Source of the DNA: Dendrobates tinctorius
Lineage: Eukaryota
Reading direction: 5' to 3'
DNA length: 64,000 nt
Assembly: GCF_039654945.1 (NCBI RefSeq)
Contig: NW_027361779.1
Location: 16,306,001-16,370,000 of the forward strand
In this document: in pieces, positions 39,418-52,155 of the stretch
Layout: the number at the start of each line of letters is the position of its first letter
How positions within the stretch are numbered: the stretch's first letter is position 1
Notes under the pieces: generated by a model
Told to the model about the DNA's origin: nothing
Database searches by the model: none
Seen by the model: only the letters and a program-made list of their open reading frames with translations
Program-made: the position numbers and the translations under genes

Positions 39418-40278
39418 CTGTGTAAAAAAAAAAAAAAAAAGAACAAGCAGACAATAGTATTAACAAGACAGAAAAATAATCTAAAATCTAAATTGCATTT
39501 GCACATGCTAATTAATACTCTTCGTGTATACTATACAGTGGATATAAAAATTGTACACACCCGTTAAAATTTGAGGTTTTTCTCAATTGAGAAAAAAAAG
39601 ATTGTACTAATAAGAATCATTTCAGACCTTTTTCCACCTTTAATAAAAGCTGTAATTCCTTAACACTTACTCCAATTATGATGAGAATACATTCAAATTA
39701 GAGCTGAGAGTCTGTACGTTAAGCCCATATTGATTATATAACTGTATCTCGAATATGTTTTGGTAAATAGCCAAAACTTGTGTCACGGTACACATATTTC
39801 TGGACCTAACTGTACATAGATAGTAAATCAATAGGGTTTAAAAGCATGTCCCCAGAATCATAACTTATTAGATATCCACAGGATAGGAGACACATCTATG
39901 ATCAATGAGGATCCTATTTGCTAAGATCCCCACAGAATATGGGAAAAGGGCTCCCATGTCTCATATGGATACTTTTGGGACTGACAACAATAGCTGACCA
40001 CAGGATTAGGATTTTTCAGCACTCCCGTAGACTTTGAATAACCCTGTGGATAGGTGATAAGTTGTGATTATTAATTATAATGCATATAAGATTTTTATTG
40101 AACCTAAATATTCACCAGCAATTCAGTAAAACACCAAAAATGTATCAGAGGGCTGAGCATTTTATGGGTCTGAAATATACAATTCAACAGATGCCTTATG
40201 TACATTATGTATGCTGGTTGGGCTCATGGGTTTCTGTGGAGCTCCGATAAAGATACTGCGTTTCATGTATGACAATAC

Positions 40279-40459
40279 CTCAGGGATCTTTGTGCTTAGG
40301 AATGAAATTATCTGTGGGACACATCTTCCTGGGGCATGAAGCATACAGTGTGTAGTGAACTGAAACAACAGGACGGACGTCAGGTGTAGCACCAGGGCTG
40401 CATCTTCTGTCAGTTTCAGCTGCTCTATAAGGGCTTGCCTGTGCTGGAACAAAACTTGT
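40279..40459 (-). CDS. UFL1: UFL1 coding exon ([60 protein letters not shown])
   Basis: 181 bp, acceptor ttttcag, donor GTATTG. Near-identical to the human UFL1 C-terminal region. Confidence 0.96.
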
Positions 40460-41319
40460 CTGAAAACAAAGAAAATAGAAATCATACACTCGGGTCATTT
40501 AATACCTTGCTGAATGATTTTAGAGAATCAGTAAATTTACAGGAAGCCTGAGGATTGGTTCATACAGCATCAGACGCTTGCTGCGGTATTACATCTGTTT
40601 TACTCTGAAGCACCGCAGCCATCCTGTGACTCTTCATTTTGGAGGACTAGCTCAAAGGAGGTCCCCTGTGATGTCTCCCTGGCCCAATTCCCAAGTCCCT
40701 ACCTACATACATGTAAGGAGAGACCTGTCAGTCAACCGCTCTCAGTAATGTTGCAGCGTTTCAGAGCAAAGCAATGAAAGCATACATGGCTGCAATAGCG
40801 CAGCCCGAGTCTCATTCATGCTGCATGACTCTACTGTTTGGTTCCCTTTAAAATAAGTGATAAACAGTGTTGTGCATTTCAAATTTTGCACTTTGAGCAA
40901 TTAGACCAGACTTAATATGCTTCTATCACATAATGTTCTGTTGACTCACAAGGTTCGATTTTAAGAGTTTTCAGTATGACCAGATTTATAAAAAACACAT
41001 TATGAGGTTATTGCATTTGAAATACTTTCTTGAAACCCTTGGATCTATAGGTTTTTCAAAGAGTTCCCACTAAAAGTTGGATTTTTTTTTTTTAATTAAT
41101 TATCTGGTAGTGGTTTACGACTATTTGCAGGAGATATGTAAAAGCCCCCTTATACATTAGCTGCTTGTCGGTAGAACAATGCTTTGGCTGGTCGTTCGCC
41201 TGACTATCTCATACAAAGGAGCGCTCACTTGACCTCATATACATTAGAGTACTGGCTGAACCCATCGATATCAGTGTGTTTGGCCAACATTCGTCTAATA
41301 TATATGCGGATTTACATTT

Positions 41320-41493
41320 ATGTATTTATTTTACTCATTTATATAGCGCCATTAATTCCACAGCGCTTTACAGACATTATTGGCACTGTCCCCGATGGGG
41401 CTCACAATCTAAATTCCCTATCAGTATGTCTTTGGAGTGTGGGAGGAAACTGGAGAACCCGGAGGAAACCCACACAAGCACAGGGAGAACATA
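41320..41493 (-). mobile_element. V-SINE-like element, 3' part
   Basis: Reverse complement of 31160-31330. Confidence 0.8.
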
Positions 41494-41621
41494 CGAACAA
41501 TAGACATTGGACAGTGCTGATTCAGGTTGGCCAACAGAAGCTAAAAATCAGAAAATAACCTAATACACACACTACAGTAAATTTTGGAAATCTTCTTGTC
41601 CAATGAAAAAAAGAGATGTAC

Positions 41622-41707
41622 CTCTCTTTCTTCTTATCTCCTTTTTTAACTAAAATCCCACATGCGTCAGCTGCTGCGTCAAGGAAAGAAAGAAATTCTT
41701 CTATACT
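41622..41707 (-). CDS. UFL1: UFL1 coding exon ([29 protein letters not shown])
   Basis: 86 bp, acceptor cttcag, donor GTACAT. Ends in phase 2, matching the next exon. Aligns to human [29 protein letters not shown]. Confidence 0.93.
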
Positions 41708-42908
41708 CTGAAGAGTTAAAACACAAACAAAACAGGCAGCAATAAGGCAAAAGTAGGAGATGTTATTTTGACAACTAGGAAAACATCTGTCAAACTCACA
41801 AGAAAAGAAAAAACTCCATTGCTTTTACAAAACACATGAGCATAAATCATAGTGGGGCACTATCAGTGTGGGGACCACACTAGAAGATTAGAACAGTATA
41901 GCTTTGAGGAAGAATCACATCAAGCCACTTCAGATCAATGGCACGTCTATGTATTGCAGAACAGGACCAGTCCTCCAGAATGAGAGACTCTGAGCAACTG
42001 CTCTCCTCGGCCCAAGATATGAGGATCCTGGAAAGAGGACTCCCTGATGTTCTTTTTTTTTTTTTTTTTTACATCAAATCATTTTTATTGAAACAATTTT
42101 TTTATCATTTAGTTTCGTTACAAACATCATTAGCAACATTCACATAAAGAACCACATAGTATAGCTAACAATCTAGCTCAACGCTGTCCAGTAATTCACA
42201 TTCATCATATCAAAATAGTGTGATCTTACCTTCCTGTAGAAGACAAAATTCTTATATAAAACATTTATATTATAGGACTAAACATATAATATCACCCAAA
42301 ACACCTGCTAAAAAATAATTCACACTTTATTAGTGAGGCATCAGGTCCCAATGGTCTTTAAAAAGGTATATGAGAACTGGTGTTCTAAACTGAACAAGCC
42401 CTTTAAATATACATACCGGATTTTTCGGATTATAAGACTCACTTTTTTCCTGCAAATTTGGGTGGAAATGGTGGTGCGTCTTATAATCCGAATGTAGCTT
42501 ACGGGGGGGGGGTGGATGCAGATGTGTCGGCTGCAGTGGAGCAGGGTCGCTGGTGCAGTAAGCTGGCAGCAAGCAGGAGTGGGGCAATGCTGCGGGTGCT
42601 AGGCTTTCACAAAATATCTGGAGCCCCTGAACTTCTCATTGTTTTCGACTGTTGAAATCTCAATCTGCATATGTGCCAATCCCAGCGATCATTTTCCCAA
42701 ATTTCATTGCATTCAAAAGGATGGGAAGTGTGGGGACTCCAGACATTTTGTGAAAGCCCAGGGCCCGCGGCAGCCTCGAACCTCTGAACACGACCTCCTC
42801 CCAGCCTGGGGCCCGCAGCATCACGACACTCCTGCCACTGCCAGTTTCCTGCAGCAGCATCACTGCCTGTTGCAAATTAGGTCACATATAGAAGATTTTT
42901 CAATTTAC

Positions 42909-42989
42909 CTTGCCAGCCAATGAACTGTTCAGCTTTGTCAATGGGCCTTTTGCTTCTTCCTGGAATTTATTTAACATCTTTTTCCTAAC
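42909..42989 (-). CDS. UFL1: UFL1 coding exon (VRKKMLNKFQEEAKGPLTKLNSSLAGK)
   Basis: 81 bp, acceptor ccgcag, donor GTAAAT. Aligns to human [27 protein letters not shown]. Not in the ORF track. Confidence 0.93.
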
Positions 42990-44161
42990 CTGCGGAGAGA
43001 AAGAAAACAATAAGTTATCTGCAGTTTGTTTAGATTTTTTATCTGCCGAGATTTAGATTAAGTCACTGTGACCAACATTTGTATCAGTCTTTCGGATCTG
43101 CACTTAGACAACAGATACTGTAACTAGGAGGCAATATGCTGCTATTTGTCCCCAAAATGCCTGGTGGTGTGGTGGGATAAACATTTTATACAATTCTCCC
43201 TGGCCAAAAAATACTAACAAAGCAAGGGATGTTATTTCAGAGGACTGAGAAGTGGCTGTATACAATGGCTATATTGGGATGGGGTAAGTTTTGTGTATGC
43301 AAGATGTCAAACAAGTGACTATTATGTCTGTGTGTTAACTCTGTGAGTAATGCCCATGTAATAGGGTGGGTGAAGTTACTCACCTGAGAGAGTGTTGTTT
43401 TAGTTTATATTTCACAAATCAATGATACATATATAAATAAGCAACTATGTAATATATCTTACCAGAGAGATTTACTTCTTTCATCTCCTGGACTGATCTT
43501 TTATGCTCAATTCATGGGTAAAATTTGTAAAATCTGTGTTCAGTGAAGACATTTTCGAATGAATGAATGATCATTCCAAAGGGAGATATAAGCAAATCTC
43601 TCTAAGATATAATACAAAGTTTCTTATTTTCGCGTGTATTATTGATTTATAAAAAATAAAAAAAAAAATCAATGGATAGTTCTTCCTAAAGACATATTGA
43701 CTTTTGTGAGTACATCATTGCTATTCTGTGGAGAGTGGACAGTATGTTAGGTCTACATTACATCCGGAGCCACAATAAGCAGATGTAATGCCGGTAGTTA
43801 TGCGCAGACGTTTCTATACCGCTTGTACAAGGTGTAATGTATGGGAGCACTGCTCGTCTTTAGTCATACAGTTCACGGACTCACCCGTAAGGCAGAAATT
43901 TTACAAAATAATTACTACCTCTTATTACCAATATGTCAGTCCTATCATGACCAATCATTCTGGAATATTGTTTACTATCCAAATACATAAAATATTACAT
44001 TAATGGAGTTGAATTACACACCATCATGTGCACACCCTCGTTTGTCCCTCTCTTATTTCTTTTCCTATACTCCTTTGGCTTGCTTATGTTGGTAACAAAA
44101 TAAGGATTTTTTACTCCCTGTAAAATCCCTTTCTCGTAGTCTTCATTGGGGGCCACAGTTA

Positions 44162-44570
44162 GGGTCCCGTTTCACATTTAGCGATGCACCAGCGATCCCG
44201 ACAACGATACGTCCTGGTAGGGATCGCTGGTGCGTCGCTACATGTTCGCTAGTAAGCTGCCAAACAGGCAGATCTCTTCAACGACACACCAGCGATCCCG
44301 ACAGCGATGCGACCTGGTAAGGATCGCTGGTGCTTTGTCACACAGCAGCTATTCTGAACGAATCCAGCTTGCATCCCTGAGCTCTGCGTCGCTAACGACG
44401 CTCGTCAGCATCAAACACAGCGATGCATGCTGTCCAGCGGTACACCGACGATGAAAAAATGGCCCAGGGCATTCGAGCACGATCAGCGATATCCCGCGGG
44501 GGGACCGGTCGTCGCTATGTGTCACATGTAGCGAGATCGCTGTTGCGTCACAAAATCGGAGACAGGGCCT
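44162..44570. mobile_element. PIF/Harbinger-like MITE in the DIRS terminal repeat
   Basis: TTA TSD, rich in cagcgatc repeats. Confidence 0.78.
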
Positions 44571-44902
44571 TTAGTGTGGGATAGTCTGCTGCCACCTGGA
44601 GGCTGACAATATTAATATGCCACTAATTGAATATTGGCTCCTCCCCGGCAGACTGTACCTTGCTTGCTAGCAACAGGATCCTCAGTTTAGACAAAAAGCA
44701 GTGAGAGAAAGACAAAGAATTAAGGCACGAAAAGAAAAATAAAGCACACCTGATTGGGCAACTAAAGGTGGGAGCTGTGTCCGAAGACTGACAAAAATTT
44801 TTTATGGCGAGTAAAAAAAATCCTTACTTCTCGTTTGTCTTACTGGGGGACACAGTAACCGTTGGATGTCCCAAAGCTGTACCAAGGGTGAGAAAAACTT
44901 AA

Positions 44903-45383
44903 AGGGAACCTGTCACCAGAGATAACACTGTGAACCTGCAGATATGGTGTTAATCTGCAGGTTAACAGTGCTATGATGCTGCCCAGCGCCTGCACGTAGC
45001 CGAATGCAGAAGGGAGAAAATGATCTTTATTTTCCCCGCCAGCCACCAGCATTTGGTATTCAGTCGTGGGGGGGCAGCGCAGGCGCTGGTTCAGTCACTG
45101 CTCTGATTATATAGAGTGGCCGCTGTACCCCCACCCGACTGATACTGGCTCTACATTACGGCTGGTTGTCAGTCAGGGCCGAGGGCACGGCGGTTACAGC
45201 GTCCACTCTGTATAATAAGAGCGGTGACTGAACCAGCGCCAACGCTGCCCCCCCATGACTGGATACCAAATGCTGGCGGGGAGAATAAAGATCATTTTCT
45301 CAAGGCTGCATTTGGCTATGTGCAGGCGCCAGACAGCATCACAACGCTGTTAACCTGCAGATTAACCCCATACCAGGTCCCCT
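44903..45383. mobile_element. Kolobok/T2-like palindromic MITE inside the DIRS
   Basis: TTAA TSD, AGGG termini, inverted arms. Confidence 0.82.
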
Positions 45384-46970
45384 TTAAACATCATACAGTT
45401 ACCAAAGAACATTTTCCACCTTTTCTCAAGCCTTTATCTGAGCAATTGCTGCCTGCAGTATCTTCCTCCTCAGATTTGCATCTGCCAAACCAAAGGTGTG
45501 AACCCTGTAAAACGTGGAAAAGGAATACAATGAGAAAGTGGCTGCTTCACAGAATTACCAGGAAATCTCTTGCAGTAAATGCATAGTGCACACATACCAT
45601 GAAAGGGGGGAGCACTGGCACCTGCCCTATAAGTCTCGCTAATGTCTCATCTAATCCAGGGAGCAGATAGCCTAGAGGCGGTCGGAGCTCTGCCGGAGCG
45701 TACAGGGATGATCCCAGGGCAACCGATAGGAGCTTTGAGAGACAGGCAGAGTTGCACTGCTTATGGCTACATAAACCTATGTGAAAACCTCTCAAGGAGG
45801 CGACGCACCTAATGAAGGGAGAGTATTCTTCCCATTAAAATAAAAATGCGGAGAGTTCCACTTAGGCGAAAGGAGGGAGCTAAACACCTGAATACTCTGT
45901 CCTGAAAAAGAAGAGAGAAAAATCACAAAAAAAATCAACTGGAAAGATCTCTCTGATCAGCACAAAAGGGTAAGGACCAAAGAACGACTGGACCCCTTCA
46001 GGCTCCCAGGGAATAATATAGTGGCTGTGAGTTTTCCCTGCCTGGGCAGGCAGCTCTGACCTCTGGCCTATAAGATAAATTCTGCTGGACCAGGATTGCC
46101 AAGGCAGGAGCTTTGAAGTTTGACTCCCAAAAGCCATCTAGACCAGCAAGTAGTAAAAAGAAGGATATTGCTCTATGAGCACTGCCCATGCACTCTCACC
46201 TATGAAACAGGTGCTAAATTAAAGCGACCTTTAAGCGCCTTTGTTCCTTAAATCCAGTCAGACAACCCTAAACTGAAAAGACAGTCTTCCGAATTGGGGA
46301 CCCGACAGTCTTGCATGTAAACTAAATGACAAAAAATAAATTGGGTAGAAGAGAACAAGCCTGGGAAAGGTCTGTCTGGATAATACTCAGTCCAAGATGG
46401 GAAAGGAGAATCCTGCCGTAATAAGGAAAGACCAAAATTCCTCTTGAATGTGGAAAAGCCTAGATGTCTGCCCTGACCCATCACCTTCCGGGGAAAGATG
46501 AATTGTAAGCAGTAGGCTACTTAGGAGACCCTTAGAGGGATAAGATCTCCATACACCCTGGAGGTCCAGTCATCGTATCAGAAGTCAATCATTTGAACGA
46601 CCTGCCTTAGCCCCAAATGACACGGACTTGGCTAGTGCTCCCATAAAAAGTGAAAAGATGGGAGCACTGTTAGACTCTGCAACCCATACCTCGAGACTAG
46701 GTGAAAAGGAATAGGGAAGAGGTGGAGACAGACAGAATAAATGATGAAACCAACTACTTTTCATTTTAGGCCAGATAACCCCTTTAAGGGATGCAGTAAG
46801 TTGAGCAGTCTCTTCCGGAGACAAAAATACTGGCTCAAAGTTAAAGAAGTGCACAGAAGTTCTGCAACTGCACCAACTCGAAAGGTCTTTGTCGATAGGT
46901 TAGAATCACCTAGGACAGGACCAAAGATCTGTTGTCAAAAATAGTAAGGTATTAGTTGAAATTAGTATTA

Positions 46971-47501
46971 GGGTGCAGTCACACTAAACGACGCACCAGC
47001 GATCCCGACGATACGACCTTGTCAGGATCACTGGTGCCTCGCTACACGATCGCTGGTGAGCTGTCCAACAGGCAGACTCACCAGCGATCAGGGCCAGCGA
47101 GGACGCTGGTATCCAAGGTAAATATCGGGTAACTAAGCGCGCACGTCATTTAGTTACCCGCTGTGTACCTTGGATACCATCTCCCAGCGCGAGCACGCAG
47201 GTATTCAAGGTACACAGCGGGTAACTAAGGGACGCGCGCGATTAGTTACCCGATATTTACCTTGGATACCAGCTCCCAGCATCTGCTTACAGCGCTGGGA
47301 GCTCGCTGATCGTTGGTCTCCCGCTGCCAAATGCGATGCGCGCTGGCCAGCGGGAGACCAACGATCAAAAAATGGCCCAGGACACTCCTGCACGATCAGC
47401 GATACCTGGCGGGGGGGGGGGGGGGGGAAGGATACTGATGCATGTCACACACAGCGATGTTGCGTCACAAAATCAGCGATCTCGCTGTGTGTGATGGGGC
47501 C
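46971..47501. mobile_element. PIF/Harbinger-like MITE
   Basis: TTA TSD, related to 44162-44570, internal hairpin. Confidence 0.78.
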
Positions 47502-49621
47502 TTAAGTCTCTCATGATGGGTGTTCACACTGTGATGCATTGAGAGTGTGCTGGCCAGCCCGCCTAATCAAAAAGTAAGGGCGTGACTAATAGGCTGTGAA
47601 CCAGACACTATGCGGCACCCTTGTGTAAACAACGTCCTATGCGGGCCTTTATAGTGCAATTGTATAATGGGCAGTCACCCCCTCCAGGAATGGGTAGGTG
47701 GAAAATAGCTGTTTTATCTGGTATTTAGCACCTGTGTTGCTAACATCTTGCTTTATGGGCTGGCTGCACCCTGTAGTGCATTTGTTCCAAGATCTGGGCA
47801 GGTAAGTGTTGCTGTCTTTTTGTCTGCTGTTTACACTGAATTTTTGGAGACCTTGAGTCTTCTTTAGTGGCTTTGCTAATCAGTTTTCTGCCCAAAATAC
47901 ACCCTACCGAAGGGTCTGAATTAGCTGGACAGACTCGCCTAGGACGAAGCCAAGGTACGCCCTGGTCCATGTGTGCCAACTGACCTACCAAGCGGTCCCC
48001 ACTAAACGGTGACTCATCTTGCATATTGGTCTGGGTGCCAACTGGATTACCTGCATGATCAGCCATAGGCCTCGCTTGTGTTGATGGCCTGCTCAGAAAA
48101 AAATAGTCAGACTAATGACTGTGCAACACGCCAAAGTGAAGGTCTCAGTTAGCCTGACTGATTTCCTTTCTGAAGATGCATTTGCCTTGGGAAGTGGTCA
48201 GGGTCCACTAAGGACTGATTACATGCTACCTTCAACCAAGGAGTCCGATGGTGTGACATCTCAAGGGAAGAGATCAAAGTAATGAGTGATCTATTATGAT
48301 ATCTCCTGTGAGGAATCACATTTAGTTGAAAGAGCACTTCCTAGTTTGCCTTTGTGCCATGTAGTTCATTTGTGCGATAAGACCTACAAATGAGAGAAGA
48401 CACTGTTAAAAGGTCAGACTCACTCTGAGCACTTGTCAAGTTTGCTTGCCAGCTCTGCCTGATAATCCGACCCCTCTGGGAGAGAGCATATAGAGTAACC
48501 GGAGTGACCTGACAGAGTCAAAGCAGAACTAATGGTCCAACACTAGTGAAGCATTCTGACAGCTGGCATGGTAACCAAAACTCCCCTTAATTAAGAGCAC
48601 AGCATAGCTAGACAGGATACTGTTACTCACCTGGACAGTACACACCTCTGAGCGCCATCTGCTTGTAGGTCTGACCAACCGCGAACCTCTAGCAGGGTTG
48701 ACTCGCTGAGGAAAGAGGTAGACTGCTATATAAAGCATCTCTTCGACACGCCCCCCTTACCTGCTGTGGAATGTGCTCCACCTAGTGTGCAAGTTGTAGG
48801 TTCACCTGTGGAAACTGCAAGGCTGTGAGGTCTCATCTGGGGTGTTTGACTCCCTCAGAAATGCAGTCTGAATGACCTCTGGATTTGAAGAGTCCTCTGC
48901 AGAATTCGTCTGGCTGTAAGGCCTCAGCTGGTAGGTCCGATTCACTCTATAAGGTGGTCAGAATAACCTCTGGATTGCAGAGTTACCTGCAGTATTTGTC
49001 CAAATGGCAGATCTCAGCTGGAGGGCCTTTCCTTCAGGACAGTAGACCGAGCAGCATCTTAGTTGGTAGGTCTGACATACTCATTAAAATTGTCAGCTTA
49101 CCAGAACCGGGAGGAAGCCGTTAGCTGCCCTACAACAGCAAACCAGGACAATGATCCCCTGGCAAACTTGGCCCCTGCTTAGACGAGGCTACAGCCTATT
49201 TAGGAAAAGAGTCCGCAAGTAACGACATGGTACAGGCGGTGCCAGAAGTGAAGATGGCTTCGGATTGAACCTCTGAAAAACCTGCACTTACTAAAGGGTA
49301 CAAAGGGCAGTCTGGTGAACCCAATCCAAGGCTGTTTGGACAGACTCCGCCCTAGGCTGTGGTGGTGCTGTCCCACTGGTAGATGTGACACTGGGCTTTG
49401 GCCATAGTACTAAAGATAGTAACAGTCCCCACCAAGGTGTATTATACAAAAGAGCTAAAGACAGGACACATGCAGGGTGAAAGGCACCTCCTCATACCCT
49501 CACAGCAGGTGTCCACTGAGCATCAATTGGAACGAGAAAGGAGGTACCAGCAATATGATATGCTAAGGCTTTGTCTGAGGGAAACCCGGCCTTGCAGGAG
49601 ATACAAGTGAAGACATAGCAT

Positions 49622-49987
49622 TGTAACTTAATTAACCAGTCGACTGTTTTTAACAAGCCAAGAAGAATATACTGTTACCTATAAGTTGACTTTTGAATGT
49701 ATGTGTTTCTTTCTGGTTGGTCAAGGAACCAGACATTTGCTGGTGTAACCCTGGAATATTAACTTGTATGCTGATATTTGATATAACAGTGTGCTCTTAT
49801 CCTTGATAACTAGTGATGTTTACTGATATGTTAATTATGCATTATGTAGGCCAGATAGTTTGTTGACTTTGAAAACAGAGGAGGAAAAACTATGCACATA
49901 GATCTCATCTCCATTCTTACCCTTTATGTAAATACTGAATGAAGGACACTTGTTAAGTTTAAAAATAGGTTACATGCCTCTGTATAT

Positions 49988-50025
<38 letters not shown>

Positions 50026-50594
50026 CCAGAGATTCTGTCAAGACATCCAAATATCCAGGGGACCCTACAGGACTGCTGCCAATACATCATGGCTCCATCA
50101 CGAGGGACACGGATCTATCATTCTGCAGGAAACAACCTAGTAGAACTCGGCCCTGGTTGGAAGAATACAGATCTGCTCCATTGACCATCACTGAACCATG
50201 GATCCATTTGGAGAAAGCCAGGATTGGGAGCCGATGGTCGCCTGGCTCCATGGAGATGTTTGGAGAAGCCAGGTTGTGACCCCTGGGTCAACTGGCCTTG
50301 TACCTGAATGGACTGTCATCTTTCTACTCTTGTTGTTACCTCCTCTGTGTTCGTGCCACAGGTGGGGTAGTTGACCCTGGGAGCTCTGAAGAAACAGCTG
50401 CCATTATCCCGGCGAATCAGTAGGAGGGTGAGACTCTATAATGTGCATCATCTTGGGGTATTTTGCTGGGACTGTTCTACGTGTTATCTGCTTGTTTTGT
50501 GGTTCAATAAAGCATTGCCACACTGTTTTACCCACAAACTGTGTTGTCTGAGTAGCGTTATGCCCACAATATAGGGAGAGCAATGAATGGCTCG
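49622..50594 (+). mobile_element. LTR-like fragment, 3' truncated
   Basis: Begins TGTAAC; TATA-like element, (GA)n at 49995-50021 and AATAAA near 50506. No closing CA or TSD seen. Confidence 0.5.
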
Positions 50595-50745
50595 GAGAAA
50601 AGGATTTTACGGTGAGTACACACAAAAATCCCTTTTTCTCCTTCGCCTCATTGTGGGACACAGGACCATGGGATGTCCTAAAGTAGTCCCTGGGTCGGAA
50701 ACCACACAACAGCTGAAAACTTATGCACCAACCGATTAATCTGGC

Positions 50746-51783
50746 CTACAGAAGCGATACCGCCGATTGCAGAATCTGTCTGCCAAGGGCCGCATCTGAA
50801 GAGGCTTGAGAATTAATGCTGTAATGCTTAGTAAACGTGTGAAGGCTGGACCAAGTCGCAGCCTTGCACACTTGCTGTGCCAACGCTTGGTGCCGAATAG
50901 CCAAGGAGGCCCCCACTGACCGAGTGGAGTCTGTCTTGATCCCCGCCGGGAAAGGCTGACCTCTGACACGGGAAGTCTCTTGGATCGCAGAGCAGATCCA
51001 TCTGGCTATTGTAGCTTTAGAAGCAGTTAGGCCCTTTCTGTGTCCCTCCGGAAGCACAAACAGGGAGTGTGATTTACAGAAAGACGCTGTTCTGAAAATG
51101 TATTTCCTGAGTGCCTTCACCAAATCCAAAGTGTGGAGAGCTTTCTCAGTACGATGGACCGGAGCTAGGCAGAACGAGGGCAAAACTATGTCCTCATTCA
51201 GATGAAAAGAAGAAATGACTTTAGGCAGAAAGACGTGGATGTTCTTAACACCACCTTGTCCTGGTGGAGAACCAGAAAAGGAGGTTTGCAAGACAGAGCT
51301 GCCAGTTCCGAGACCCGCTTGATGGAGGTTACTGCCACAAGAAAGGAAACTTTCCAAGAAAGAAGAGTGAGTGATGCGTCCCGCAGGGGTTCGAAGGGGG
51401 CCTCTTGCAAGGCACCTAGGACCAAATTAAGGTTCCAAGGTTCCAGAGGCATCTTGTAGGGAGGGACAAGGTGCGACACTCCCTGTATGAAGGTCTTGAC
51501 CTGCGATTTGGACGCTATCCTTCCCTGGAACAGGACAGATAGTGCTGAAATTTGGCATTTGAGAGAAGCCAGAGCCAGGCCTGAGCCTAATCCTGCTTGA
51601 AGAAATTCCAGAATGGAAGGGATAGAAAACACAAGTGGGGAACATCCACGGGTTTTACACCAAGAGAAAAAGACCTTCCAAACACGATGGTAAATGCACA
51701 TAGAAGTAGGTTTCCGGGCATTGATCATGGTGAACGCTACTTGTTGCGAGAAACCGGCCTGGGCTAGGATCCAGGATTCAATG
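50746..51783 (-). pseudogene. DIRS tyrosine recombinase, frameshifted
   Basis: KRVSELAAL (catalytic R), DSTR in place of the usual HSTR, ATWSS..TFTKHY (catalytic Y). Frameshift near 51240. Confidence 0.9.
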
Positions 51784-52155
51784 GCCAGGTCGTTAAACTC
51801 AGCACTCTTGAGTTTTGGCGGTAAAAGGGCCCCTGAGAGAGAAGGTCTGAGCGGTCCAGTAACTGCCAGGGAATGTCGGCGACTAGTTGCACCAGTTCCA
51901 CGTACCACGCTCGGCGTAGCCAGTCTTTTTTTTAATCAGATACATTTTTATTAAATAATAGCAATTATAACATATATGAAGTCAAGCAGTTGTTCACATA
52001 TAATCATATTTTTTATATGAACAAACCCCCCCCATCCCCCCCTCCGAGACCCTTTCAGTGTCTTCCTCATTACTATTCCGGTACTCTTTCCCACATCCAT
52101 ATATAATTGTTTATTATGCACATCATCTATATCCTAATTCATCCACCCCACAAAT

